A program made the position numbers and the translations under genes. Under the pieces are notes generated by a model. That model was not told where the DNA came from. It saw nothing but the letters and a program-made list of their open reading frames with translations, and did no database searches. Shown here one piece after another: positions 48,146-61,909 of a stretch of 64,000 nucleotides of DNA (the first letter of the stretch is position 1; the number at the start of each line of letters is the position of its first letter). Source of the DNA: the human T2T-CHM13v2.0 reference genome, Homo sapiens; assembly GCF_009914755.1 (NCBI RefSeq), contig NC_060934.1, one strand, 5' to 3'.

Positions 48146-50620
48146 TTTTTTTCCTTATCAATTGGATTCATTTTGGTATCCTGTTTTTGAACTCAGCTTA
48201 AGAACTTCTCATCTCAAATCCTATGGCCTTCTGGAAGATCCACCACTATCCAAAGGAAAAAGTAGATTAATATGCCTCAAGGGATATGACATCTATGGCA
48301 TAGGGCTACTGGTCTCATCCCAGCGATCGGGACAGAAATTGCTAATAGCTCATGCAACTCTTTCATGAAGAGCTTAGCTATGACCTTAGAAGACAAAGCC
48401 TGTTTGTCATGGCTGCCGTAAACCGAGCTCTTACAGTGCGTGGACCATGTTTTAATAATCCAAAATAATTCCAGTGCCGAACCCTGAATTTAACATATGG
48501 TAGACATTCAGTAAATGTTTGTTGAATGAATGCATGTCTTCTAAAAGTTTTCCAACACAAATTAGCAGTGGTTTCTTGTAAATTATTTCCTACTCGCCAC
48601 TCTATAAAATCATGGCAATAATAGAAGATTATGAAGGATTTCTATGGAGGACATAAATGCTGCATCTTTCATAATCTCCATTATCACCCTCATTGATATT
48701 ATCATTGGAATTATCTAAGGTGAGCCCCAGTTTCCAGGGCAGCTGATTGACACCGTCCTGCCTTCCTTATTTAACCTCTTCTTTTGCCACTCGCCTCTAT
48801 CTTTGAATCATATTTTGGCCTTGGTTTTGCAATGGTTTTATGTCATCCTACAGATGTCTTCAAGACCTGGGGTGAGTTATCAATGCAAGAATGGTTCTTA
48901 GAAATCTGATGAGGCCTCTGCTCTCTGGGATGTGGCCCTCTCTATGCAGGTTACTCCAATGATTAGCTCTGTCCTCATTGTCCTTTTAATTCCCTTGTCA
49001 ACTTAATCTCAGTATGTTGCTTATATTAACAAGAAGACTCACGCAATAACTCCTCGATAACTCTCAGTGATGGTATCTGTTGGTGCATACTTGTGTTCCA
49101 CAGTTATGGCCATATACACAGAGGTAGTATATGATGAAGAGAAGATTACAGTCTTTACAGTCAAGAAGACTTGGGTTCATATCCTAACCCTGGAACTTAC
49201 TAGCATTATAATGCTTGCAGCATTGTGTTTGGTGAGAGGAAAAGAATGAATGGATTCTAGGAATGTTAGGGAACGATTTACTTTACCCGATGGCTGTATC
49301 AAACATCTATGCCCCACTTCTTCTCTTGCCTCACCTATTCCTTAGATTCTTGGTCACTTCTCTACCACAAGCCACCAGCACTATAACCAGTTTTGCGTGG
49401 GTTCTGCTCTTCCTCCCTATGTTGATCAGTGTCATGTGAGCATAAGCCAATGGTAGCTTGCCACATGCCCCATCTCCCATTGCTGCAGAGGCATAAGACA
49501 GAAGAGATGGGAAGTGAATGCCCGATGTGGTGAATCTGGGATGAATGGGAGTCATAGTCTGGTAGATCGCTTTTTCCTCCTTCTTCCTCCTGGAGGAACT
49601 ATTCTGAGAGTCATCTGTTTGTATGGTCTTGTAGAAGACAGTCCTGTAAGATCGAGCAACCAGTCATGATGAAACCAAGTGGTGGCCGGATCAGTATGAC
49701 ACCCTGCTGCCCCCGTTTTTAATTCTTCTCTGCCTTGCCCTGCTCTCTCCTGTTGCTCTGGGATTGCACTTCTGAATGAAGTAGCAGCTCATAAGCTTTT
49801 GCCACAGGCTCTGTCTTTTGGGGAATCCAGGATAAGAACCCATCATACAGAAGTGTTCAATAATATCAATTTTGCAACTCACTCAGCTCCATGGCTTCCC
49901 CCGGTCTGCCTGTCTCACTACATGCATAAAGTGAAATGATGGAAGGAATCTGCTTTCTGAACTCTAATGTGCCTTCATTGATTATCATTAAAATTATCAT
50001 TAAAATTGCCTTATTTCTATGGACTCAGAGGAATGATGTTTTAGTTTTGGCTCTCTGATTTACCAACTATGTGACTTTGTCCAAGTCATTTAACTTCAGT
50101 AAACCTCGGTATGACTGAAAAGGGAGTTTTCTGTATGGCCGTCACTAGGTTTTTTTGTGGGTTAGTTAAATGATAAACATGAAAGCTCTGTCCAAATGAA
50201 AAAGGTATTTCTAACAACAACCACAATAACAATAACAACTTAGTGCTTAGCCCATGATGTATCAGGGGATATGATGTGATGATTTTCAAGGTGTTGGAGG
50301 CAACTTCTGTTCCAAGAACTCCCAGCAGCTTTGAAAGCAGACTGAGATGAGTTGAGACCCTGAATCCCTGGGCTGTTGTTCCTGTCACCCCTAATTAATA
50401 TGTGAGAGACAACAGCTGGGTTTTCCATCCCTAACACATTTATTTCATTTTATTTGGGGCCTGCAATTTCTGCATGTCTCATATATTTTAGGTTTTACCT
50501 TTTTACCTGGCTTTAAAATAAATCCCTTGTAAGTTGTCCTGCAAATGAAATTACTGTCTGGAAAACTGCAATTTCATATTGAGAGTTTTATTATGCTAAT
50601 AAATGTCAGGATTCTCATAT
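48146..50620 (+). other. SH2D4B: SH2D4B 3' UTR (end approximate)
   Basis: Follows the stop codon and ends at a cluster of AATAAA hexamers with U-rich downstream sequence. Confidence 0.65.
49300..49840 (+). mobile_element. Probable ERVL (LTR16/LTR33-like) LTR remnant inside the 3' UTR
   Basis: 3' end CAGGCTCTGTCTTTTGGGGAATCCAGGATAAGA resembles LTR16-type termini. 5' boundary uncertain. Confidence 0.45.
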
Positions 50621-50665
50621 AAAGGAGTTGCCTTTTTTTTCCCTGAGCCCTACAAATATAATAAA
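50517..50665 (+). terminator. Cluster of polyadenylation signals: AATAAA at 50517-50522, 50598-50603 and 50660-50665
   Basis: Three canonical hexamers within 150 bp. The middle one is followed by CA at ~50616 and a T-run at ~50633. Confidence 0.65.
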
Positions 50666-51455
50666 AAACAGCTGGTCAGCTCCAAGACTCAAGAAAGGAA
50701 AAATTTACAATCTATAACTAGAAAGAGAAGTTGTAAAAAAAAAAACACTATGCAACTTAATGGAAAATAAATTTCAAGGAATGAAAGTATAACTTGGAGT
50801 ACAGATTTGGGGAGATCCTTGTGTGGCAGAAGCATTTTTAGGGACCATCTAAGGGGCATGAGCTGAGAGGTTATGGAGAGTGTTCCCCGGGAGGGGAACA
50901 TGGGCTTGAAGACCTGGGAGCCTGGGGCATTTGTTCCCCTTTTGTCCCTTTGATCATTATTCTCAGGACTAAATTGCGATCCTAGATGAATTTCTGTATT
51001 CTTTGGACTACAGTTTCTTATGTCAAATTAGGTGAACATTGCCTATTTCAGAGGGTGGCTGTGAAAATAACAGAAGATTTTGTTATAGTAATGACAAATA
51101 CTGTTTTAAGCCGTGTGTGTGTGTGTGCATGCGCATTCATGTGTGAACTCTCACAGCCATGCTTAAGGGAGAAAATGCTACCATCTTTATCTTGTACGTA
51201 GGGAAACTGAGGCACAGAGAGGTTCAGAACATTCCCAAGGTCACTTCCTTGGGAAGCACAGGGATTGACCACAGTCACGTATCAGTCTGAGTGGACCTTA
51301 AACTGCGTAAACAAACACATCATGGTTGTTGAAAATGCAGGTTCTCCTTCAGCGGATCTGGGATTGGGCATGAGGTTCTGTATTTCTGACAAGCTCCTGG
51401 GTGTTGCTGATGCTGCCAGACTATGGTTTACACTTGGAGAAGCCAGCCTTGAAAG

Positions 51456-51745
51456 CAGGGGTTGGCAAATTATAGCCGCAGGCCAAATTCAGCCTGCTGC
51501 TCGTGTTTCTACAGCCTGAGAGATAAAAATGGTTTTTACATTTTTAAATGGTTGGAAAAAATTAAGAAGAAGAATATTTTATGACCTGTGAAAATTACAT
51601 TAAATTCAAATTTCAGCTTCATAAATAAAGTTTTATTGGGATTCAGCCATACTTATTTGTTTACATATTGTCTTTGGCCGCATATGGCCTGTAAGGCCTT
51701 AAATATTTACTCTCTGGCCCTTTGCAGAAAAAATTATGACGCATC
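51456..51745. mobile_element. MER58 (hAT-Charlie) fossil
   Basis: CAGGGGTTGGCAAATTATAGCCGCAGGCCAAATTCAGCC...AATAAAGTTTTATTGG...AATATTTACTCTCTGGCCCTTTGCAGAAAAA. Confidence 0.85.
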
Positions 51746-52542
51746 TGTTAGGAATTATTTTGCTTTCTTTCTCTGCTTTATCTAAATCTACTCTTTTAAC
51801 ACCATCGTTTATGCTTCAGAGAAATCTAAGTGAATGTATTAAATTTTCTAGTAGTGTTCCATTTTAATTTTGAATCTCATCTCATCTCTAGAAAAAGATT
51901 CTCTTCCTTGTGAAAGGATTCTAACCAAATGTAGGTGAGTAGTATCATAATTATGTAGATATTTAACATGGGCATATGATCATTTACCTTCTAGATTTAT
52001 TATATTTCCTACACATAACTGTGTATGTTTTGCCTTTCAGTCTGTGAGGTCCTGGAAATCAGGTGATGCCATATTTATCTGAGTACTTTAGGGTTCCTGG
52101 AATAGTTGATAAGGAATTACATCTGTTACGTATTAGGAACAGACAGATTGTGCCCATTTCAAAGACCCACTTTAACCTTTGGGGGACCCCTATGATAGAA
52201 AAGTCCGCGGTGAGAATTCTGGCAGCTTTGGGTTTGGAATCTTGAATCTAGTACTGCTTTCAGTTGTTAAGACAAATAAACAAAACAAGCAAACAACTAA
52301 ATGAGATTGAGAAAGTAAAAAACAGCTCTGCTGACAGCTAGTCTGAGATGGGCGAACTGAGAATTAAAACAGAAATCACATCTTGCAAATCTGCTCTGTG
52401 ACTTGCAAAACAGTTAAACCGAGCCAAGCCACAACATACAGGAGAAAGTGTCTAAACTCAAACTCTTCTAATCAGCACATGCAGACCCGTATTTTTTAGA
52501 GAGGACATCAGACAAACTGATCTAACAGTCATTCCACATGAC

Positions 52543-53040
52543 TTTTTAAAAAAATTGTGGTAAAGTATACATAACATAAAATTTACCATTTTAACCATTT
52601 TTAAGTATACGGTTCAGTGGCACTGAGTCCATTCACATTGTTAAGCAACTGCCACCACCATCCATCCACAGAAAACTTTTCATCTTACAAAAATGAAACT
52701 CTGTACCCATTAAACATAACTCCCCATTCTCCCCTCCTCCAAACTCCTGGCAATCACCATTCTACTTTCTGTCTTTATGAGTTTGACTATTCTAGGTACC
52801 TCACATAAGAGGAATAATACAGAATTTGTCTTTTTTGTGTCTGGTTTATTTCACTTAGCATAATGTCTTCAAGGTTCATCCATGTGTAGCATGTGTCAGA
52901 ATTTCCTTTTTAAGGCTGAATAATATTCCATAGTATGTAAATATCACATTTTATTTATCCATTCAACTGTCAATGGACACTTGGATTGGTTCTACCTTTT
53001 GGCTATTATGAATAATGTGGCTATGAACATGGGTGTACAT
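52543..53040 (-). mobile_element. L1MB-like 3' end
   Basis: ATTGTGGTAAAGTATACATAACATAAAATTTACCATTTTAACCATTTTTAAG...TTCACTTAGCATAATGTCTTCAAGGTTCATCCATG. Confidence 0.85.
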
Positions 53041-53950
53041 CTCATAACTTTTGCGTTCTGTAGATAAAATTACTGACTGTTCTAGCAACTCCCTAGTTTC
53101 CAGATTCTGACCAATCCCTGCCAAGAACCTTTAACTCCAGCTCCCCAGTCTTAGTGAGTACGCTTTCCTAACTTTTACCTTTTCGCTTTCCATGATTCCT
53201 CTTGTATATGTGCTCTCTTGCTGCAACAAGCTAATAACCTCAACTTCGGCTGCGTGTGTATTGCTAGTAGGCTTTAGCTGATAGGCTTTAAGAAGACATT
53301 ATCTGTGAAGCGTGCTGTCTGTAATAGACACTCAGTAAGACTCCATGCCTTCTCTTGGCTGACCATGCTGAATAGCAGCTGTGAAAGCCCTTCTGTGAGT
53401 GGAGTCTTCTGTCCATTTATATCCTCATCTCAAGATGAGCTCATGGTCTTGCTGGGCTTATGAGCTCATCCCAGGAGACTGTATGAAGTGGCGTGAGGTG
53501 ATAGAGGCAGAGACATACTCAATAATGGCTGTGTCAGCTGCTCTTCTGAAGGGAACTTTCTTACCCTGGAGGCACCGAGTGTCAGAGGTCGCTCAGTCAT
53601 AGGTACTCCCTAGAGAGAAGCTGAGGAGGAGGAGGCTGGGGGAGCACTCATCCCCTGTAGAATGAGGAGGCTAGCAGAGCTTGTTCATAGTGGACCTATG
53701 ACCCATTTGCCAAGAGGCCTCTGCTATTTGTGGACATCTCCTCCTGCTTCCCCACCCCCCGGTAGGAGGAGACAATAGAGTATAGAAGGAAGAGTAATTC
53801 TTGGGGGTCATCAATATGAATCTGAATTTAAATGGCAAAGGAAGAAGGGAAGACGCTTCCAGGAAGAAGAAACAACTGGCATCAGCAAAGATCTGGAGTC
53901 ATGAAACTGTGTGTCTATGTGTGTGTGTATGAATGTAGGCCTGAAATGGG

Positions 53951-54267
53951 TTTTTTTTCTTTTTCTTTTTTTTTTTCTTTTGGAGATGGAGTGTCGCTCT
54001 GTTGCCCAGGCTGGAGTGCAGTGGTTGTGACCTTGGGTCACTGCAACCTCTGCCTCCTAGGTTCAAGCGATTCTCCTGCCTCAGTCTCCTGAGTAGCTGC
54101 GATTACAGGTGCCTGCCACCACACCTGGCTAATTTTTTGTATTTTTTAGTAGCGATGGGGTTTCACCATGGTCGACAGGCTAGTCTCGAACTCCTGGCCT
54201 GAAGTGATCCACCCACCTTGGCCTCCCAAAGTGCTGGGATTACAGGTGTGAGCCAACACGCCTGGTC
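53951..54267 (-). mobile_element. AluS
   Basis: Full dimer with TSD CTGAAATGGG. Confidence 0.9.
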
Positions 54268-54807
54268 TGAAATGGGCTTTCTATACACTATACCCATGCC
54301 TGATTGCAGAAACTAAACATTTGCACAACCAAATTCTTCCTACGGGAGCCATTCTGTCCAGATTCTCAGCCATGAGCCAAGGGTTTTGGACACTTCTGCA
54401 ACCTATGGGGCAACAGCAATTTGTACTAATAACTTGGTTATTGGCAAAAATTTAGCTTAGACCCTCCGTAACTTGGTTTGTTCCTCATCTGCCTTTTCCT
54501 GACTCTTTTAATCAGTATTGTATGTTGTTAACTACCTTTTATGTCCTTATGCTCACAAGCCTCTGGTTAATTTCCCGCTTATTCTTACATCTTCATGGGT
54601 TTTTATATTTGGCTTATTCAGATTGGTTGCAATTATTTCTTTTCATTCTGTCATTAACAATTCTTTTTTTCTTGGGCAGCTGCTGGGCAATTTGATAAGG
54701 CGGGGGAACCCAACCCCTTATGTTAGGCACATGTGTGCTTTTCAGCCTCGTATTTCTTTTTTTCTTTTTAAAAAATTTAAATATTTTTATATTTTTAAAA
54801 AATATGT

Positions 54808-55108
54808 ATTTTTATTTTTATTTGAGACAGGGTCTAGCTCTGTTACCCAGGCTGAGGGCAGTGGCGTGATCTCAGCTCACTGCAGCCTCGACCTCCCGGG
54901 CTTAAGTGATCCTTCCACCTCAGCCTCCTGAGTAGTTTAGACTATAGGTGTGCACCACCACAACCAGCTAATTTTTGTGTTTTTTGTAGAGATGGGTTTC
55001 ACCATGTTTGCCAGGCTGGGGTCGAACTCTTGAGCGAGCTCAAGCAATCTGCTTGCCTCGGCCTCCCAAAGTGCTAGGATTACAGGTGTGAGCCACTGTG
55101 CCCGACCC
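54808..55108 (-). mobile_element. AluJ-like element
   Basis: GAGACAGGGTCT...CACTGCAGCCTCGACCTCCCGGGCTTAAG. Confidence 0.85.
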
Positions 55109-56499
55109 AGCTTCATATTTCAACTGGTAGCTGGTTGTTGAATAGAACCACAGAAAGTTATTTGGGATAATTATGCCTCTTCCCTTATTTCTAGTTTCTA
55201 ATTTATGGAAAGTTGGAAAAACTTATGGCAAAGAAAATAAACAGAACAACCAAAATATTATACCACAATTTAAAAAATTAGTATTCTAATATATAACTAA
55301 ATTCATTTAAAAAAAATCTGTGAGCTAATAGCTGAGAGCTTTACTCTAGCACACTATTTTAGGAATTAATCAGACACCTCCCTGAGTCTACCTAACAGAA
55401 TATCATTTTCTGTGAACAACTGAGCAATTTGTTCAAGAGGCATGGAGTCCCTGAGCAAATGGGCCATTGGAAAACTAATTAATGATGTTCTGGTTAGAAT
55501 CATTCTTAATTTTATAAGCAGATACTAACTCATAGCTGAAACAGAAATGTAAAATCATTTTCAGAACAACTTAACCTTTATTACTTAGTACCTACCGAGG
55601 GAGGAATGCTGTGTGTTAAAAGCATTTACCTGACACATATATAGAAACAATGAGGCCCAGGCTAGTGGATAGAACGCACATAGCTGTTAAAGAGAAAATG
55701 TCAGTATTCACAATGGAGATTTATGTTCTCAATTAAGCAATTCAATTATTGGTCTAAGGGAGATACCATTACTCCAAACAATTTAAAAAGCCCGTGAACA
55801 TTAATTTTTAACGTATTGTACTCAAAAGTACAATGGTGACTCAAAGAGGAGAAGTTAGAGGCACATTTCATAGACCTTTGCAAGCTTCTTCTCTTGTCAC
55901 TGTTTCTTTTCTTCGGGTGGAATCATTCTTCGGTTCCACTGAATAGTAATTTGTCTTTTTCCACAGACCCCCGAGGATGGCTGGGAAAAGAAGATCCAGG
56001 AACTGCTGGTGTCTGTACTAGTTACCGCCCTGATAGGAAAGGTGGGGGGCCTAAAAAAAGGGTTGCTTAAGGAGGGTTCATTTAGAAAGGTGGGGTACAG
56101 GAGAGTCACAGTGGGAAACCTAGTGACCCAGGGCTTAGTAGCACCCCAGCCTTTACCCACCTGGCCCATAACAACAAAGGAGGGAACAGTTTAGATGAGA
56201 AGAGAGACGCACACAGAGTTGGCCATTTTGGAAGGGCAGGGTGGGACTGTGTCCAGGGACAAAGCCAGCCTGAGCCAACCTTGCAGGGAGGCAGCCAGGC
56301 AATAAATAAGTAAGTACCCAAACCTCACCCTCTTCCCTCCTTCTGATCTCTGGCTGGGCTCTCATTGGCTGAAGCAGCCTAAGGCCATAGGGTTAGGAAC
56401 TCTTGGCGTAATCGATACATGTCAGCAGAGAAGGAAAAACAGTACATCTTGGTGGCGGGTGGGGGGCAGGGGGCGGCGAGCTTAGTCCTATGGTGATTC

Positions 56500-57403
56500 T
56501 GTAAGAAATGCAAAAAACCCCAGTTGTTCCTACTCACATAGAACACATAGCACTGAACACTTGACCTCTGATCAACAAAAGGTGTGGGATATTTTTCCCC
56601 ACCAACAACCAATTCTCCAGCAGACACCAGCTGGATATCCTATAATTTGATTCAGTTCTGACACTGCCTGGAATTAGAGTCAGACTCTGCAGGTTAAGGG
56701 CTCAGCCCCACAATACTGCCTCCACTGCAGAGATGCCAGTCACAAGCCCCCAGGTTGTTGCCTGTACTTCAGACCAACCAGGTATAAGTCAGGGTTTCTA
56801 TGATGCTCTCCTTGGGTTGAGCTCATAGACCTCAGGGAAACGCTTCCTTACTAGTTTATCATAAAGTACTTGATGAACAGCCAAATGGAAGAGATGCACA
56901 GAGTAAGATACGTGGGAAGGGGCATGGAGATTCCCTACCCTCTCTGGGTGCTCCACCCTCCAGGTACCTCCATGTGTTCATCACTCCAGGAGCTCTTTGA
57001 ACCTTGTCCTTTTGGATTTTTATGGAGGCTCCATTACATAGGCATGAATTGATTACAACATTGGCCGTTGGTGATCAACTCAATATTTAACCCCTCTCCC
57101 TCCCCAGAGGTTGAGAGGTTGGACTGAAATTTCCAACCCTCTAATCACATGGTGGGTTCTGCTGGCAACCTGCCCCCATGCTGAGGCTATCCAGGAACCC
57201 ACCAAGAGTTAGAACAAAAGGTACTCCTATCATCCAGGAAATTACAAAGATCTTTGGAGCTCTGTGTCAGGAACCCTCATCAGAGACCAAATATTAGAGA
57301 AAAGATTCTCCTAGCATCACTGTCTACAAAGGTTTAGGAGCACTGTCTCAGGAACTGGGGGAAGAGACCAAACACATATTTCTTATTATATCATAATATC
57401 ACA
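56500..57403 (-). mobile_element. MER21-family LTR
   Basis: CAATTCTCCAGCAGACACCAGCTGG...GGTTAAGGGCTCAGCCCCACAA...CATATTTCTTATTATATCATAATATCACA. Confidence 0.8.
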
Positions 57404-59696
57404 GCGTCCCAACTTGTCTTGCCAAACTTGAGTTCTCTCAGATACTCAGAAGTTGTGTCTCTGCCTATTCTCCTGTTTCATCCACCACAATCACCTTTCC
57501 AGGTCTCCTCAGAACATCAGTTAATGTGCCTCTTTCTCTTGCTTTGAAGGCAGAAGCCATAGCTCTCACCAAACCTCCAGCATTTAAACTTTGCTGTGGA
57601 GTCTACGTGACCCCACCACGAGGTGACCCTCACCTTTCCCTCCATACCTGGGGAGACAGACATGGCAGTGGTCACTGAACCCTGGGATGACACGCTACCT
57701 CATCCTTTATGACACCCTTTGATATGTTGCTTTTGATGCATTTCTTTGTATCCCATTTGGTTTCATTTTTAGCAATAAACTCATTCTTGGTACATTTCTG
57801 TTCTAGCTGTGATCATTTGAATAGTCTCTAATTAAAGGATGATTCCGTTTCTTCCAGCTTCCCCCACTCTCCCTATGGAGTGAGTAGATTCTTTACCTTT
57901 TGGTGTCTCCAAAGATGAAGTAAACAACAGACTCGTGAGATTCCTCAGAAAAGGACACAATTGAAGTCAGCACACTCTGAGCTCTCTTGTCTTGGCCTCC
58001 CTAGTGGTTTTTTAACTGAACCTGTAGTTCACGGTCCCTGCCCGAGTCCATCCAGGCTGGAAGTTGGGGCTCTGCTGCTAGGAGAACATGTAGGCTTTGG
58101 GTTTCACCTACCAGAAAGCTGTCCAGTTTCTCCATGTAGTTGTTTTATGGTTTCTGCAGAAGTAGGGGATAGCCATTCAAAATGACTGTTGTCATTTCCT
58201 AACTGGCTAATTGGAGCATGAGATGAAACTACTAAGGTGATTTTTGGCAAATTAGAAGGGAGAGGTGAACTTTAACTATAGTTGGGGTTTCAGGCTGAGT
58301 CTGATATGGCTGCATTTGAAACTTTGCAAGAACAGAAGGATAGAAAACAATTTCGCAAAGAGGTAAAATATCTTCAGTTGTCTGCTTTGTCTGTGTAGCC
58401 GGTACATTGCTGGATTACATGTCAGGTGTGAACAGGAAGATCTAAAGCAGTTTCCAGTTATACTCACATTAGAATAATCCAAACAAACAAACAAACAACA
58501 ATGTTCTGACTCAAGAGATGGTGATACCATTGATATGGGGTGGGCCTCTGCATTGGTGTATTTTAAGGAAATAGGGTGTCTATGTTTCCAAGGTCAAGTG
58601 CCCTCTTCTGTGGGGCACTGGATAGTGAGAATAGGGTGATGTCTTTGTGAGGATTATGGCATTTAATCATCATAACTATGGAAGCTGTGCAAGAAATGCA
58701 ATTGATTTTTGAACCCAATTTATACCAATTTCCCATTTTGATGAAAATAAAATTTGGTTATTTCAGGTTAATGTCAGCCAATTTGTTACTCCCTCTTCTT
58801 CCTAAAGTGGATTTACTTCACTGGGGGGTACTCACAACTTATCCTGGCCTGTGATGGGGCTGGCCAGGTGTCTGCCTTTCAGGAGAGGTTCTATCCTACT
58901 CACCGTCCACTGATCCTAGGGTTCTGTCCTGCTTCCCTGATGAACCCTGACAGAGGGTTCCCCCTATAGCTCTCAGCCGTAGGATTCACATAGTACCAGC
59001 CCATAGTCTTGTCGCAGCTTCAGAGCCCTCCAGGTGTGCTCTCTTTCAAAGACATCCGGGAAAGGGCTTGTCTTCTTTCTGGACTGTCTCCATCCAGATG
59101 TATAGGAACTGACTTGGGAGAACAGGTACCTTGGGTACCTCCACGTGGGCTTCGCTCCTCTGCTTTGATGTGGGGGATTTGGGAAGGCTTGCTGTCTACC
59201 CTCAGACCCCGGCCAAGCTGGGCGTGCATGCCCTTCTCAGGGCTCAGCCTGCAGGGCCCCAGGTGCAGGCTCCTTTTGGCACTGTACAGCAGAATATAAC
59301 TATCTTGTTCTCTTCTCCAGTTCTTTTTCATTTGCCAACTTGGAGGGTCTCTTTCTATCCCAAGAGTTGCAGTGGGCAAGGGTGAACTGGTTTCTTCTAA
59401 TTTGTGGTCTTCTAAACAGGTCACTTACACTTGGACTACAGCCTTTGAACTAAAAGCCCAACTGTGCATTGGTAATTGTGAAGCTGGGCGATGGGTACTT
59501 GGGGGTTCATGGCACTTACTTCTACTTGTGAATATGTTAGAAATTTTCTATGGTTAAAAAAAAGGTTTGAGAAAAATTTCAAAAAGGTAAGAATTTGATC
59601 CGCAGGTTATCTAGTTTCCTTGTAAAAACATTCCTGATGTATGCTTCATGTCTAGATTTCTGAACGGGGGAGGTCTTGGGCAAAAATTAGGAAGTA

Positions 59697-60818
59697 TGCG
59701 TGTGTCCGTGTTTGTGTTTGTGTGTGTCTCTGTCTCCATGTCTTTGTGTGTCTGTCTCTGTGTGTATCTGTGTCTGTCTGCCTGTGTGTATATATCTGTG
59801 TGTGCTGTGTGTCTGTATGTGTGCTTGTGTGCATATCTGTGGCTGTGTGTATGTGTGTATATGTCTGTGTGTATCAGTGTGCCTGTGTGTGTCTGTGTGT
59901 GTCTGTGTATGTATCTGTGTCTATCTGTGTCTGTGTGTCTGTGTATCTCTGTATGTGTTTGTGTGTGTATCTGTGTGTTTGTATATCTGTGTGTCTGCTT
60001 CTGTGTTTTTGTGGATTTGTTTGTGTGTCTCTCTGAGTGTCTGTGTGTCTGTGTGTCTATCTGTGCCTGTGTGTATGTCTTTGTGTCTCTATGTGTTTGT
60101 GTATCTGTGCCTGTATGTCTGTGTGTGTGTGTTCTTTGTGTATATCTGTGTGTCTGTGTCAGTATGTGTTCTCTGTATTTGTGTGTGCCTGTATGTGTAT
60201 CTGTGTAGGTGTGTCTGTGTGTTTGTGTGTGTATCTGTGCCTGTGTGTTTGTATCTGTATGTGTCGAAGTGTGTGTATCTGTGTGTATGTCTGTGTATCT
60301 GTGCCTGTGTGTATGTCTGTGTGTCTTTATGTGTTTGTGTGTCTGTGCCTGTGTGTATGTCTATGTGTCTCTATGTGTTTGTGTATCTGTGCCTGTGTGT
60401 ATGTCTCTGTGTATGTGTGTGTTTCTGTATGTATCTGTGTGTGTGTCCTCTGTGTGTTTCTCTATATATCTGTGTGCATCTGTGTGTGTTCTCTGCGTGT
60501 ATCTGTAACTCTGTGTGTGTGTCCTCTGTGTGTTTCTCTGTATATCTGTGTGCATCTGTGTGTGTTCTCTGTGTGTATCTGTAACTCTGTGTGTTTCTGT
60601 GTGTGTCTGTGTCTGTGTGGGTGTTTCTGTGTGTGTGTCTGTGTGTGTCTGTGTCTGGGTGTTTCTGTGTGTCTGTGTCTATGTGAGTGTCTGTGTATCT
60701 GTGTCTGTGTGTCTCCGTGTGTGTGTCTGTGTCTGTGTGCCTGTGTCTGTATGAGTGTCTCCATGTGTGTCTGTGTGTCTGTGTCTGTGTGTGTCTGTGT
60801 GTATGTGTGTGCGCGTGC
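59697..60818. repeat. ~1.1-kb TG/TC/TA low-complexity array with higher-order units, including a 76-bp tandem duplication at ~60441-60592
   Basis: Direct reading. Recurrent TGTATCTGTGCCTGTGTGTATGTC units. Confidence 0.95.
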
Positions 60819-61909
60819 CAGAATAGGCCCAGTGGAGCACCAGACAAGGCCCCTCCTCTTCCTGTCGTCACCCAGCCTGTCCCCTGGTCCTGCCTTGCCC
60901 TTGCTGACAGCCTAGGGTCCTGGGGAATTGTTCTGAGTCCCTCAAGTCCCTGATTTAGTCCTTGGCCTGCAGGGCTGTCACTAGCACTGCACTGGCTCCA
61001 GTGTTTCTCATCCCCTCTTCCCAGGCCCCTCCTGGAGCCCTGCCTGCTCTCGCCTCCCACCCTTTCTGTGTCCTTGTAGCACCGTCCCTTCTCCCACTGT
61101 GACCGTGGGTCGTCTGTGTTCTGGAGGACCAGAGCCCTTCGGAAAGCATCTTGGCCCTTTGGCTTGATTGCTGGTCAAGGACCCAAAACATTCAGAGCAT
61201 GGTGGCACCTCCTCACAAGGCCTGCTCTCCACGAGCCTCTGGGGTTTTGAGCTGTCAGTCTCTCTGAGTGTCCTTTGCAGCCATCACTGCACTTTGTGAA
61301 ACCATGATGTGTTAATGCGTTGAAAGTAATAAGAGCCCTTGGAAAGAGAGCAAACTGAGGGATGGAAGACCTCAGCCCATGGCCATGGCCCTGCTGGTAT
61401 TGAGCCTTCCTCTGAGAGGCAGCTTGTGCCCAAAGTGAGTAGGACACCTTGCTGGTCACCCACAGTGCCAGGATAGGAGGACCTGCTAGTGGCATCAGTA
61501 GCAGGTTGCTACTGGACAGGTTCCTACTAGGTTCCTTCTAGGCTAGACTTCCGCTAGACATCACCTAGATGGCCTCTGTGCCTGCCTCTTCTGACGCCAT
61601 CCTGCCAGGTGTGTATCCTCTGGCTCTTTGACACCGGCGTCATCCTGGCCACAGGCTCTAGAAATGTGCTGTACCTGGTCTCTCTGTCAGGCTCTTCACT
61701 TGTTGGGGCCTCCCCAAGAGTCCTTGGCACAGTCCTCTGCCTGGTGAGCCACATTGGAAACCTCTAACACCTCCGGCCGGGTGCTCTATCACGTGGGATC
61801 CGACCCACCAACCTGCATCTGCCTCTCCTACATTGCTGGCTGTTCAAGTGGCCAGGCCCAGGTCTTGTGGTCTCCAGGAAGCAGGGGCTGGGGATTTTGT
61901 TGATAGCAG

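Noticed and set aside
55840-55960. Minus-strand stretch resembling a short C-terminus plus AT-rich 3' UTR (possible processed pseudogene)
   Set aside because: No recognisable parent protein, poly-A tail or TSD. It would need BLAST support.
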